64,000 bases of DNA. Source: Eledone cirrhosa. Its lineage: Eukaryota. The notes under the pieces were generated by a model. It had not been told where the DNA came from. It did no database searches and saw nothing but the letters and a program-made list of their open reading frames with translations. Within the stretch, counting starts at the first letter, position 1. Each line of letters starts with the position of its first letter. The position numbers and the translations under genes were made by a program. The DNA lies in contig OZ024743.1 in NCBI GenBank assembly GCA_964016885.1, positions 339,760,001-339,824,000 of the forward strand, read 5' to 3'. This document shows, piece after piece, positions 37,743-50,729 of the stretch.

Positions 37743-38561
37743 CACACGCATGCACACACACACGCACGCACACACACACATCTAATTTGACACATCCATA
37801 CATCTCTTCACATATGCACATATATCTGTACACACACACACGCGTACATTCATGCACAAGTGTGCAGACATACTCAGGGATAGTCATCTAGCTACATATA
37901 AGTTCATGTTTATGTCCCTAACAATGCATGAATATCGTGTCTATGTTCTGATCAACAATACGGATTATTAAAATCAACAGGAAGGGCAAGCATTGTCGCC
38001 AGTACAAATAATTAAGTATTGTAAGATGAAAAGACAGGGATACTTAATTAGTTTATAAGGTGAGTGTAAAATTAAAGTTAATCAGGTTCAAGTATATTAT
38101 AAAAGAAGTGAAATGTTTTATGTGGACAAGAAGGTATAATTTCGTTTCTAGATTTAAAGAAATTAATTTTAGAGGTGACTATTTCTAATGCTTCAGGGGA
38201 CTAAATGAGTTTAGTTAAAGGGATGGAATTACTTAATTTTCCATGTTTAAATGAGTGTATATCATCATCATCATCATCATTTTACGTCCACTTTTCCCTG
38301 CTTACAAGGGTGGGACGGGTCCTATTCAGCACAGCATCTCTCCACTTGTCACGGTCCTTTGTCATCTCCACCATGAGCTTCAGCGATCTGAGGTCTGCTC
38401 TCACCATCTCTGGCCATGTTTTTTGTATATTACTCTTTTACCTGTTTCAGCCATCCGGCTGAGGCCATGCTGTGCATAATATTTTGTATTAAACTTATTC
38501 ACTGTAGTGCCAATATAGTTAAATGTTTTATTATTAGCTAAAACCTCACATGTATGAACTA

Positions 38562-39195
38562 CTAACAGTGGTACTCGGCGTTGCACGGGATAAGGTATTT
38601 TGGAACGCGGGCAGCCAACAGACCTAATCGTGGAAAAACTGCATGCCTGGACAATATGTAAAGAAAATAAACCGAATACTTTGATGGCTGGATAATCTTT
38701 AAGATTTTCCTTGATGAAGCAGGAAAAATGCAAGTTTTCATCTAATGCTAGGGGATCAAGAAAATGAATTTTTTTTATGTGCATAATATGCCTTGAAATT
38801 TCGGGAAAATCGGCTAGATGTAACGCCTCAAAAAAGTCATAAAAACCTGAACAAATGAAATTTTTCACCTAATGCGGACCCTAGGCCATAAAAAAGTTGG
38901 ATTTTCTTTGCTCACGGTATGAAGAAGAGACTGACAAATACATAGTTACAATTTCAAGGTCTGACATAACGCCTCAAAAAAACCCTAAAAAGCTGAAAAA
39001 ATGCAGTTTTTCACCTAATGCAGGCCCTAGGGGATCAAAATGTTGAATTTTATGTGCATAACACTCCCTGAAACATAAGCAATACACATGTAAAGTTTGA
39101 AAAATAGGTTGGGTACTTTTCGAGTTTTAGGGATTCACACACACACACACTCACTCACACACACAGACAGACATCCTCAGTTTTATATATACAGA
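38562..39195 (-). mobile_element. Non-autonomous Helitron
   Basis: On the minus strand: 5' A|TCTGTATATATAAAA start with GTCT/GT microsatellite, and a 3' CCCGTGCAACGCCGAG hairpin followed by ..TTAG|T end. Internal ~145-bp repeats (38821, 38967). Confidence 0.72.
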
Positions 39196-39301
39196 TATTA
39201 CTTTTAAAACAACCCCCTCTAAGGGAGCACGCATTTGGTATCTTACAGTTATTTCACAGATTTTTAACTCTATCCATACACTCATTATTATATACATTAT
39301 A

Positions 39302-39459
39302 GGGTCGGACGCCATGCTTTCCAGCATAGTTACGTCCCTTTACGATCTGAGTTCAAATCCCGCCGAGGTTGACTTTGCCTTTCATCCTTACGGGGTCGAT
39401 AAAATAAAGTACCAGTAATGCACTGGGTAATTGCTGGCCTTGTGCCTAAAGTAGAAACA
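39302..39459 (+). mobile_element. Young 5'-truncated SINE with 18-bp TSD
   Basis: ATTATTATATACATTATA at 39284-39301 and 39460-39477. Confidence 0.92.
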
Positions 39460-39499
39460 ATTATTATATACATTATACTTGCTAGTATTATTGTGCCCA

Positions 39500-40620
39500 T
39501 TATTTAATGTTTGAAGTTGGTTTAGTGTGGGTGTTATTTGCTTTAATTTTCTCATAATCATTCATAGCTAAATATTCTGCCAAATTGGGTATGGTTGAGA
39601 TAGTTTATTATTTTTGTTTATTATACTTTAGTACTTATGCCCTTGGGGAAAATTTTTTTCTAAAATACTAAAGAATATAGGTATATGGGATGCTATTTGA
39701 ACTCCATATGGAGGATTAAACTATATACATTTTTTCCTTGTATTATTTTTTCTATTATTTAATTGATGAGTGGAATTGTTGATTGTCGTAAGATTGACAA
39801 TACCTTTATTTAAATTATAGTTTTTTCGACTATTGCTCCTATTTCTACTGTTTATCATATCATTATTATTCTATTTGCATTATTATAATTAGGTAAATAT
39901 TATAAGAGCAGTGGATTGGCAGTATCAGAAGAGCATCAGTCACCATGCTTTGCGATATAGAGTTATGGCCCTTTACGTTCTTGGTTCAAATCCCGCTGAG
40001 GTTAACTTTGCCTTACGGGGTCGATAAAATAAAGTACCCATAATGCACTGGATTAATTGCTGGCCTTGTGCCAAAAGTAGAAACAATTATTATAATTAGG
40101 TTTAGATATACATTTATGCGTAAAGATCCTATTGTTAGCTAATTTCGATGTGGAGTTAAACAATATTCTATCATTATATCCTGATCTAGCTGGAGCTTCA
40201 TTATAATATGTAGTGTTTTGGGAGATTTCTTGATTAGTTGAGTCTTGAGATTCTACCTGATATGTTATTAGCTATAGATTTGAAGATCGATCTATGGTAA
40301 TTAGAATTTTTATGTACATAATAAAGGAATTCCCAGGTTTATGGTATGGTGTGAATATTTTAGTGTTTAAATTTAGTGTAACATCTAAGAAGTTAACTAC
40401 CTTTGTATTATTTTCTCCTGTTATATCTAAGTTATAATGTTTAAAGAATTTGTACATACGTTTTTTCACTCTTTCCAAAGCAGAACTACTGAAATGTTCA
40501 AAAGTAAAGAGTGCATCATCTCTATATATACCTCCACCCATAGTAGGGAAATCTTTTTTTAACTTATTAATGAGAAATAGGCCTCCAAGATCGGTTATTA
40601 TAATAGATTCTGATTGCTCT
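39500..40620 (-). mobile_element. Penelope-like retroelement RT fragment, interrupted by a SINE (~39905-40085)
   Basis: GIYRDDAL...KVVNFLDVTLNL..TPYHKP is the PLE RT domain 5-7 signature. Confidence 0.75.
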
Positions 40621-40839
40621 AGAAAGGTATTGAAAACAATATCCTTTGAAAAAGAATGAAAATGTAAATCAAATAAATAATGTATTAATTGATAAACCTT
40701 AATGTGCTCTATATTGGGTTTGAATAGTTTTTAGGATTCCCCAGTTCGGCAGCCAGTACATTAAAGAAAATTGATAGTAACAACAATAAAGGCTAAACAG
40801 AGAACAAATTTTTTAACAAACAATAATTTGTACAACCAT

Positions 40840-41642
40840 AATGGAAATTCCAAGTAACAGAAAATATTTAAATTACATTGTTAGAGCCTCAGAGTATACA
40901 ATATTTTTTGTTCGGCCCTCCGGAGCAAAGATGAAGAGATTGGGCGAGATCGCAGTTGTGCAGCATAATAGCAAAAAGTTTTCGCAGCTGAGAAGGGACT
41001 TTAGCAGTTGCTGCTTCTTGCAGGGTGAGGTGCCAATGGCTGTCATCGTGTAACATGCCACGCATCGGGCAAGCCAAACGGTAAGTGGAACATTGATGGC
41101 CATTGATAGTTCTCAGATCTTGGAAAGACTGTGGTCCTCTAAACTCGAACAGTAACAACGACGATAAGCCATCTGTGCTTTCATAAAATAAATAGGTTTT
41201 TGTGTATGCAAAAATATCTATACACGAATATATATATTAAAATAACAAATTAAAGTTTAAGCAAAGAATCACTGCTTTCACCCTTAACGGGATCTTCTGA
41301 ATTAAAAAAATCAGTCTGTGAATGCAGAAGTAAATATTTTGAAAAACGTTATCTAATGCAGACAGCCAGACATACAAACTCAGAAAAAGAGGGGAATGTT
41401 GTGCGATGTCATAAGAAAAACTGAGGAATGACGTATAACCGCAAGTGTTGACATTTGAAATTTTAAAGAAGTGAATATTTAAATAATGTCTTTAATCTTT
41501 TAACAAAATTCAGCAGACAAAAATACCCTCACATTTTTGCTTGTAAAAAGTTACATCTATTGGGCAAAATTGGTGCTGTTTGGTCTAGCCCTTTGGTGGA
41601 AAGTTTGTTACCTACATACGGCCATCAGCTTTATAGTATAGA
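40840..41642 (-). mobile_element. Helitron fragment with RepHel coding remnant and 5' terminus
   Basis: LL...RGPQSFQDLRTING..STYRLAC..RGML.DD..W..TLQEA...QLRKLFAIML is the conserved Rep-helicase linker. The minus strand starts A|TCTATACTATAAAG at 41642. Confidence 0.8.
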
Positions 41643-41785
41643 TATATATAAGAGATGCAAAAAACGAAATTGGGATATGAGATTCAGTATCCTCTCATAC
41701 ATATAAGACATTACATATATTTGGCTGACGTTCTCAATCACTTTGGTGGAAATAATTAAGTAACAGATTCATATCTCTATTCTGT

Positions 41786-41956
41786 GGCAGTATCGGTAGA
41801 GCGTCAGACACCATGCTTTGCAGCATAGTTATGGCCCTTTGCATTCTGAGTTCAAATCTGCCAAGGTTAACTTTGCCTTTCATCCTTACAAGGTCGATAA
41901 AATAAAGTACCAGTGATGCACTGGGGTAATCGCTGGCCTAGTGCCAAAAGTAGAAA
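41786..41956 (+). mobile_element. SINE with 11-bp TSD
   Basis: CTCTATTCTGT at 41775-41785 and 41957-41967. Confidence 0.88.
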
Positions 41957-42167
41957 CTCTATTCTGTATTTTTCCTCAAAACATTTCCTCTGAAAATGAA
42001 ACTGAATTAGCCTCATCTAACTTTATCCCATTATTCCTATTTTCCATATTAGGCTATCTCTCTTTTTTGAACTAATAATTTTTTTTTCAATATTGTTTGT
42101 AACTGCTATATACTACTTATTTTTTTTTTTAAATACTGTATTATTTTAAATTTCTCTCATTCTCAAG

Positions 42168-42220
42168 GGTTGATGGTGTCGAAGAAGTACAATATGAGAT
42201 ATCTCGGATAAAACAAAAAA
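42168..42220 (+). CDS. STX16: Syntaxin-16 exon 3
   Basis: ctcaag|G completes Trp. VDGVEEVQYEISRIKQK compares with human VDGVDEIQYDVGRIKQK. Donor A|GTAAGT. 53 nt. Confidence 0.92.
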
Positions 42221-43071
42221 GTAAGTTGAAACATTAATGACATACATTGATAAAATGGAAAATTATATTTGTTTTAAACTCAGATTATATGTTCTCTTAT
42301 ATAACTTGTATCTCTCCCACAGATTCACTGGATCAATTTGATCTATTATCTAGACTACCTTTAACTTCTATGTTATGTTACTATCTACTTACACATACAT
42401 ACACTGCATTCACTGTGTGTGTGTGTGTGTTTACAGTTTGTCCTGTAAAATAGTAGTTTAGCAAAAAGAGATAGATAAGGAACCAGACATGTACTGGGGT
42501 CAATATGATAGACTAAAATCCTTTCAAGGTGGTGCCCTAGCATGGCTGCAGTCTAATGACTAAAACAAAAAATAAAAGCATCAAAAAAAAATTTTTATTT
42601 GAAGTTGGCACTGTAAATGAATTTAGAAATATTTCAAAAATTCCTTTAATTTACGTTTTAGAAATTGAATATTCAATTTTCATCTAAAACCTCTTCATTT
42701 CCACTATGACATTAGTTTTAATTACTATTGTTTTAAGATTATTTTCTTTGCTGGGCAATTTCTGTAGCAAACACAAACATTGATCAGAAAAGAAAAATAA
42801 AGTCTTTAAAAAAATCCTGTGTGTCAGAACAGGTGACTAAAAACATCCTGTGTTGTAAGAGGCAACTAAAAGGGTTGATACTAGGAAGGGCATCTGGCCA
42901 TAGAACATTACCTAAAAAAGAACTCCATGATATGTATAAAGCTTGTCATAGGGGTCTATTAGGTTAATTCCTGATTTAACAGTAAATGGCCTTAACATAC
43001 TTGTTTGTGGAAAAGAATGTCCTCAGGCAGAGATTTCATATTCAATTTCTTCATTTTCTGTTGTATTATAG

Positions 43072-43178
43072 TGAAGGAACTGACAGTTCTTCAGATCAGA
43101 CATTTGAACCTACCTACGATGGATGACAGTATTGATGAGGAGCATGTCATACAAATCCAAACGCAGGAAACTACTCAG
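43072..43178 (+). CDS. STX16: Syntaxin-16 exon 4
   Basis: tatag|TG. MKELTVLQIRHLNLPTMDDSIDEEHVIQIQTQETTQ. Donor CAG|GTCTGT. 107 nt. Confidence 0.92.
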
Positions 43179-43364
43179 GTCTGTCATTTCGATTTATTAA
43201 GCTATGTTCTAAACATCAGCTTAAATATTACTAAACTCCTCCAAATTCTTGATTATTATAAAAATGGTTTGAAAATCATAGTTAGTGTCTTTCATTAGAA
43301 ATGTAGTAAAGAAAGGATTAAATACATTTCTAAACAAAAAATTTCTTTTCATTTTAATTTTCAG

Positions 43365-43527
43365 ATTTTCACTCATTGTCAGAATCTGATTCATCAAATT
43401 AGTCGGCGCAGTAAATCTGGAACACCGCAAGAGATTAAACTGTGCAAAAATATTGTCTCATCATTAGCCAGAACTATTCAAGAAATGTCAACTAACTTTA
43501 AAAGGTGTCAATCATCATATTTGCAGC
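43365..43527 (+). CDS. STX16: Syntaxin-16 exon 5 (Habc)
   Basis: tttcag| IFTHCQNLIHQISRRSKSGTPQEIKLCKNIVSSLARTIQEMSTNFKRCQSSYLQ. Donor C|GTAAGT. 163 nt. Confidence 0.92.
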
Positions 43528-43759
43528 GTAAGTTTTTTTTTTCTTTTTCTGGGTTCCTTGCTTACATCTTTTTTCAGCTATAAACAAGTATTATCGAAAG
43601 TGTGCATGCACGTCTGCACATATATGACTTTGTGTGTGTCCTTCTGTGTATGTGTGTATCTCTCTGTATATGTCCCCATGTGTGTGTTTTGGTCTCCTAA
43701 TATGAAATAAAAATTCTTATTTTACCCTTCCACGTTTTTAATCTTTTAATAGAGAGAAT

Positions 43760-44640
43760 CTTGCTATTAAGACCTCATAGAGTTGGGGAGAGCTCTTCTA
43801 TATCTCCCTCTTTTGTCAACGTCTCTTTTCTATCACTTTCTCTTACTTCCTCTGCTGTCAATTCATACTTTCACCCAGGCATGAAACCAAACTGCATCTC
43901 GTCTAATTTTACTCTTTCTCTAATTAGTTATGCTATATCATTTTGCAATCCCTTTCATAACTTGGTCTATTAGATTTATTGTACTGCTGCACCAGTCATT
44001 GGGTATAACACCATCCTGTATTACCTGATTGACTATGCAGGTTACTAGTTCAACTACTTATCCCAATGATTTTAGCATCTCAGCAACTATCTCTGATGGT
44101 CCCACAGGGGAGTTTCTCTTCATCCCATTTATTCTCTACGTTCATCAGTCTCTCATAGTAACATTTCCAGGTCTCTTTTTCCTTTTGAGCATCAGTGGTG
44201 TTAAGGGCATTGGTATCATTTCTAACACTTTTCTCCAACAACATCATGATTCACACTGACACACTGCCTTGCAATGCAGAACACTTCGCGTCTCTGATCC
44301 TCACATCTCAGCGTGTTGGCAAACTTTCTTTCTGCAGCCTTTTTCCGAACTTTGTACACCTGTCATCTAACTTCTCTCTTAGCCACCTGGTACCGGTCTC
44401 TGCTAACCCCATTTTTCAAGTCTTTCCATGCCTGTCTCTTGGCTTTAGTGGCTCTATCCACTGTGCTGTTTCACCACCAGGTCACCCTCTGTCTGACTGG
44501 TTCTTTGCTCCAGCCACAAGTCTCATCAGCAGTTCATGAAAAGTTGTCATGCAAGAATTTCCAGTTGTCCTCTATGTCATATGAATCTAACTCATCACTT
44601 CTCTCATCAAATGCATCCCATGTAATCATAATCTCTGCTC
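43760..44640 (-). mobile_element. RTE-clade LINE fragment
   Basis: RVTWWWNSTVDRA..AKRQAWKDLKNG, VAEMLK, LDEMQFGFMPG. Confidence 0.75.
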
Positions 44641-44959
44641 TCCTAGGCAGACTACCTGCATTTCAGGTGCAGGGTCCACATCTACCCCAGGAGGTCATTT
44701 GAAATTTGGGATTTCTACCATCTTATATGATCTGCCATTTCACTAGCTCAGCATCTGCTCCATGAATCATAATCTTGATTTTCTCGAGGTGAATCTGCAT
44801 TGATGTAGGAGGAGTGGGGGTTTGTGTGAAGGTGGAAAGGAGAAGGTGTAAGGCCATGTCAGCCAAACAGTGAGCACATAGGTGGTGGATGGGGTGGGGG
44901 GGGCAGAGATGCTATAGTGGGAAGTTAGGGCAAGAGAAGTGACTGTTAAACTTTGAAAT

Positions 44960-45140
44960 AATAATTGTTTCTAATTTTAGCACAAGGCCAGCAATTATCT
45001 CATTACATTACTGGTACTTATTTTATCGACCCTATAAGGATGAAAAGCAAAGTTAACCTCGGCAGCATTTGAACTCCGATCATAAAGGGTCGTAACTCTA
45101 TGCTGCAAAAGATGGCGTCCGACCCTCTAGTGATATTACC
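44960..45140 (-). mobile_element. SINE copy (main family)
   Basis: Reverse-complement core and tail. Confidence 0.82.
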
Positions 45141-45786
45141 AAAATAATAATAATTATAAAAACACGTGAATAGAAATGTTAAAAATATGATATGGATTAA
45201 TACAGAAAGATGAAGAGGACTAGAGAAATCATCTTATCTGCTTTGGTTTTTGGTTCCACCATGCCAAATGTTTAGAAAGAAACGAGAGGATAAAATGAAA
45301 GCTAGCCTGCTTGTTCGTGCTGTGTGATGCCACCTGACTGGAGGAGGGGGATGGATATGGTTATCTTGACAAAAAGTTAGAGCAAAATATAGCGAGAAGT
45401 TAGAACATCGAAATAATAAGAAATATAATAACATTAGGTTCATCTTCAAATCTTTATTATTATTTTCCCTATATATCATCATCATCATCATTTAACATAT
45501 ATTTTTCCATGCTTACATTAGTCAAGTTGTTACGTTATGAGGCAATTCAGGTCTTAGACTTGTGTTTATGCTTGGTTTCTTCAACAGAATGCCCTACCGA
45601 ACGCCAACCACATTAGATATATATATATATATATACAGTAAATTATTTGAGTTTATGATACAACTGTATAAGGCATTCAGATATTTAAAGCTCTAATGTA
45701 ATTTTGTCAATATCCTGATTGGCGAAAGACAATGGAGACGTAAGAAGATGTTTGGTAAATAAATGCCTTTTCTATATTATATATAA

Positions 45787-45859
45787 TTGATTCTGATGAG
45801 TTCTATACAAAGGTATTGACTGTCACATCCTTTGTAGTAGAATGAAACATGCAAATCAA
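45787..45859 (+). ncRNA. Degenerate type-I hammerhead ribozyme motif
   Basis: Stem I TTGATT/AATCAA, core CTGATGAG (45793-45800), long stem II TTCTA-TACAAAGG/CCTTTGTA-TAGAA, GAAAC (45844-45848). The GT of the cleavage triplet is missing. Confidence 0.5.
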
Positions 45860-45940
45860 ATAAATAATATATTAATGTGTTAAACCTTGGTAATCCTTTT
45901 ATTTGTTATATATATATGAAAATGAAAAAGATATATGTAT

Positions 45941-48765
45941 ATAGGGAACCTCATGGGGGTCAATAGTTGTAGAATAAATAGCAGCTAAATAAAGGAAATG
46001 TCATGGTGTTCAATAGCTGTGCTAGAAATAGCAGCAATGTAGGGGTAACCTCATGGTGTTCCATAGGTGTGCCAGAAATAGATTAATAGGGAACCTCATG
46101 GTGGTCATTAAGTGTGCTAGAAATAGAAGCTAAATAGGGGTAACCTTATGATGGTGTCTTGAAATAACACTAAATAGGGAATTTCCTCATGGTGGTCCAT
46201 AAGTCTACTAGAAATAGCAGCTAAATATTGACAATAGGTGTGCTAGAAGTAAGGGTAGCATCAGCTAAACGGGAAATCTCATGGTGGTCCATAGGTGTGC
46301 TAGAAATAGCAGCTAATAGGTGGAACCAGCATCATAGTGGTCCATAGGTGTGCTAGAAAGAGCAGATACATAGGGGACCTCATGGTGGTCCATATGTGTG
46401 CTAGAAATAGCAGTTAAATAGAGGGAACCTCACAGTGGTCCATACGTGTACTAGAAATAGCAGCTAAATAGGGGAACCTCATGGTGGTCCATAGGTGTAT
46501 TAGAGATAGCAGCTAAATAAAGAAAATCTCATGGTTTTCAATAGGTGTTCTAGAAATAGCAGGTATGTAGGGGTAACCTCATGTTAGTCCATTGATGTGT
46601 TAGAAATAGCAGCTGAATAGGAAGTACATCATGGTTGTCCATAGGTGTGCTAGAAATAGCAGCTTAATATGAGGAACCGTGATGGTGGTCCATATGTGTT
46701 CCACAAATGTGAGTTACATCAGCTAAACAGGGGGAGCCCCATGGTGGTCCATTGATGTGTTAGAAATAGCAGCTCCATCTGGTAAATAGGGGAAACCTCG
46801 TGTGTCCATATTTTTGCTAGAAGTAGCAGCTACATCAGCTAAACAAGGGGACCCTCATGGTAGTTCATAGGTGTGCTAGAAATAGCAGCTACATCAGCTA
46901 AACAGGGGGAACCTCATGGTGGTCCGTAGATGTGCTAGAAATAGCAGCTAAATAGGGGAACTTAATGGAGGTCCATAGGTGTGTTAGAAAGAGCAGCTAC
47001 ATCAACTTAACTGGAAACCTATGGTGGTTTGCTAGAAACAATAACAAAATAGGGTGAATTTTATATTGGTCTATAGGTGTGCTATAAATAGCACCTACTT
47101 CATTTAAATAGGAACCTCATCTTGGTCCATTAGTCTGGTAGAAATAGCAGCTAAGTAGGTGGGGGTCCATAGGTGTGCTAGAAATAGCAGCAAAATAGGG
47201 GGAACTTTATGGTTGTCCATAGGTGTGCTAGAAATAGCAGCTTAATATGAGGAGCCGTGATGGTGGTCCATATGTGTTCCACAAATGTCAGGTACATCAG
47301 CTAAACAGGGGGAGCCCAATGGTGGTCCATAGATGTGCTAGAAATAGCATCTAAATAAGGTGAACATCTTGGGGGTTCATAGGTCTGCTAAATATTGCAG
47401 CTAAGTAGGGAACCTTTTGGTGCTCCATAGGTGTGCTAGAAATAGCAGCTAAATAGAGAGAAACTCATGGTGCTCCATAAGTGTGCTAGAAATAGCAGCT
47501 AAATAGGAGTAACCTCATCATTGGCCAATAGGTGTCTTGAAATAACACTAAATAGGGGATTTCCTCATGGTGGTCCATAGGTGTGCTAGAAATAGCAGCT
47601 AAATAGGTGGAACCAACCTCATAGTGGTTCATAGATGTGCTAGAAAGAGCAGCTAAATAGGGAACCTCATGGTAGTCTATATGTGTGCTAGAAATAGCAG
47701 TTAAATGGAGGGAACCTCACAGTGGTCCATACGTGTACTAGAAATAGCAGCTAAATAGGGGAACCTCATGGTGGTCCATAGGTGTATTAGAGATAGCAGT
47801 TAAATAAAGGAAACCTCATTGTTTTCAATAGGTGTTCTAGAAATAGCAGGTATGTAAGAGTAACCTCATGGTGGTCCATAGATAGTTAAATAGAAACCTC
47901 ATCTTGGTCCATTGGTGTGCCAGAAATAGCAGCTACAATACCTAAACTGGTACCACCTTATATGGTCCATAGATGTCCTAGGAATAGCAGTTAAATAGGG
48001 GGAACATCTTGGTGTTCCTTAGGTGAGCTAGAAATAGCCGCTAAATAGAAGGAAACTCATGGTGCTCCATTGGTGTGTTAGAAATAGCAACTAAATAGGG
48101 AGAACTCATGGTGCTCCATAGGTGTGCTAGAAATAGCAGCTATATCGTTGGAATTTGGTGGTGGGCCATAGGTTTGCTAAAAATATCAGCTGAATCGGAG
48201 AAATCTCTTATTTGTCCATAGGTGCTCTAGAAATAGCAGCTAAATAGGGGGAACCTCGTGGTGGTCCATAGGTGTATTAGAAATAGCAGCTGCATCAGAC
48301 AAACAGTAGAGACCTTATTGTTTTCTATAAGTATGCTAGAAATAGCAGCTACATCAGCTAAACAGGGGGAGCCTCATGCAGAATCAGCAGCTAAATATTT
48401 GGAACCTAATGGTGGTTCATGGGTATGTTAGTTATAGCAGTTATGTCAGCTAAACAGGGGGAACTGCATGGTGATTCATAGGTGTGCTAGAAATAGCAGC
48501 TAAATAGGGGGAACTTTATGGCGGTCTATATGTATGCTAGAAATAGCAGCTAGATCAGCTAAACAGGGGGTCCTTATTGTGGTCCATAGAAGTGCTAGAA
48601 ATAGCATCTATATCAGTTAAATAGGGGGAATCTCATGGCTGACCATATGTTTGCTAGAAGTAGCTACTACAGCAGCTAAACAGGGGAAACCTTATGGATG
48701 GTGGTCCATAGGTGTGCTCAAAATAGTAGCTACATCAGCTAAATATTATGGTGATCCATAGGTTT
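45941..48765. repeat. ~2.8-kb tandem array of ~49-60-bp units in STX16 intron 5
   Basis: Consensus AAATAGGGGAACCTCATGGTGGTCCATAGGTGTGCTAGAAATAGCAGCT, sometimes extended by ACATCAGCTA. Roughly 50-55 diverged copies. Confidence 0.95.
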
Positions 48766-49002
48766 CCTCCTGGGGCTAAACAACATCAGTCTTGGAGTGA
48801 AACAACATTAGTCCTGGGGATAAAGATCCGTCCTTTGGTCTCAATAACACCTGTCTTGGGGCTAAACAACATTAGTCCTGGGGTGGTGGATTGGTAGTAT
48901 CGGTAGAGCATCATGCACTATGCTTTGCGGCATATAGTTACAGCCGTTTCGGGAATTAAAAATCCCTCCATCAAAATATTCTGGTCTTGTCACAGCAGCG
49001 GA

Positions 49003-49345
49003 GGTGGGTGTTCGGAAAGTACAATAACTAGGGTAAGAACGCGGGATGGAAGAAGTTCAGGGAGCTACTGCCACTGCTAGTTGCAAAAGGCTTTTCCCTC
49101 AAAATGAAAGGCAGACTGTATGATACGCATATACGGACAGCAATGTTACATGGTAGTGAGACCTGGGCACTGTCTGTAGAAGACTTGCGTAGATTAGAAA
49201 GAAACGAAGCCTGCATGCTCCGATGGATGTGTAATAGTAATATACGTGAACGGCAAAGCATAAATGAATTGAGAGAGACTGAGCATAAGAGGAATCAAAT
49301 GCTGTGTGCAGGAGAGGAGGTTGCGTTGGTATGAATATGTGATGC
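49003..49345 (+). mobile_element. RTE-clade LINE fragment
   Basis: GWKKFRELLPLL..KGFSLKMKGRLYD..RTAMLHGSETW..LERNEACMLRWMC. Confidence 0.85.
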
Positions 49346-50021
49346 GTAGAGAGATAATTCTAACCAAGGAAAATTACATAAAAGTTCTCCTATATCTTCT
49401 TTCAAATTAAATTAGTGGCTGGCATGCAGTGGTATTTACCGGAGTAAATAACCCAATGACCAATCCACTAAATATGTAATCGATCCTTGAAACATCAATC
49501 AATATAATCAATCATCGAAGATAAACTATCGATTATAATTAAACCACATGAGATTCAGTACTCTTCAGAGGTTTAGTCTCACCATTCTAAGGGAAATATA
49601 GAATGAAGATGGTAAATAAGACAATATACTTGCCAATATCCATAGCGATGTCCAACGCGACTGTCATGCTGAGAAGCACATGGGGAAATCACATTAAACC
49701 CAAGCCAAATAGATATCAACAAGGTGGGCGTTAACTCTGCTAGAAATAGGAGCAGGGATTACAGCCACCGAGCTCAACAAGTTAAAAGATTTAGAGCCGT
49801 TAAATACAAATAATGAATCAAAGCATATCAAATATGTTTAGAATTTTGTGTTTTTCAATAAGCAAGCTCAATAGACAATATCTAGAGCCATAATAACCAA
49901 AGGAGAAAGATATATATATAGAGAGAGAGAGAAAGCCATCTATTGTATAAGAAACATAGTATAAGCACACAATTCTAAACATATTTGATATATTTTTATT
50001 CATTATTTGTGTATATATATT

Positions 50022-50092
<71 letters not shown>

Positions 50093-50504
50093 CATGTGTT
50101 TGTGTACTGGGCTAATTTAATCAACTGGTTCCTTCACCCAAATTTCTGGTCATGTGCTTTTCTTAGACGAAGGACCATGACAAGTGGAGAGATGCTGTGC
50201 TAAATAAGACCCGTCCCACCCTTGCAAGCAGGGAAGAGCGGACATAAAATGATGATGATGATGTGTGTGTGAATGAGTGAAAACATTTTTCATTTTTGTA
50301 ATGTTTGCCATGGTACATAGACTATTCTGTCTGATTTTAAATTACTCATGTTACAACAGCTACTTTTACTTTGTTAGTATGCTTAATTCTGATCACAAAA
50401 GCGAAGTAAACTGAAGAAAGATAAGCATTTCTTTAACTCTACATGTACAATATATTAGTGTTCCTCCATCATACTAGTAAATGTCATGTTCTCATAAACA
50501 ACAG

Positions 50505-50614
50505 GGCTAAAGATGAGAGAGGACCGATCTCAGCAGTATTTTGATGCCAATATCAACCTTGATTCCGGTCTTTTTAATGATGATCTGTTATTAGAAGAAG
50601 AGATTTATGACAAA
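50505..50614 (+). CDS. STX16: Syntaxin-16 exon 6
   Basis: aacag|GG completes Arg. LKMREDRSQQYFD..YDK compares with human MKNREERSQHFFD. Donor AAA|GTAAGA. 110 nt. Confidence 0.9.
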
Positions 50615-50729
50615 GTAAGAGACACTTTATCAATATTTCATTTGTATTTACTCATTTATGATGCTTATTGTGATCAATGGAAGTTTTGTTTCTGAAGTTA
50701 AAAATGTTGGTCTGTTGATCACTTCATGT

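Noticed and set aside
38401-38868. 155-aa minus-strand ORF
   Set aside because: It runs across the Helitron terminus into unrelated sequence, so it is a chance ORF.
45941-48765. CRISPR array or sgRNA scaffold (the unit contains GCTAGAAATAGCAG(T/C)TAAAT, similar to the engineered Cas9 guide scaffold)
   Set aside because: There are no unique spacers, whole units are tandem and diverged, no cas genes are present and the context is a eukaryotic intron. The short match is coincidental.
49985-50203. YIYI/THTH low-complexity ORFs (also 9837, 35527, 37552)
   Set aside because: These are translations of (TA)n/(CA)n microsatellites.
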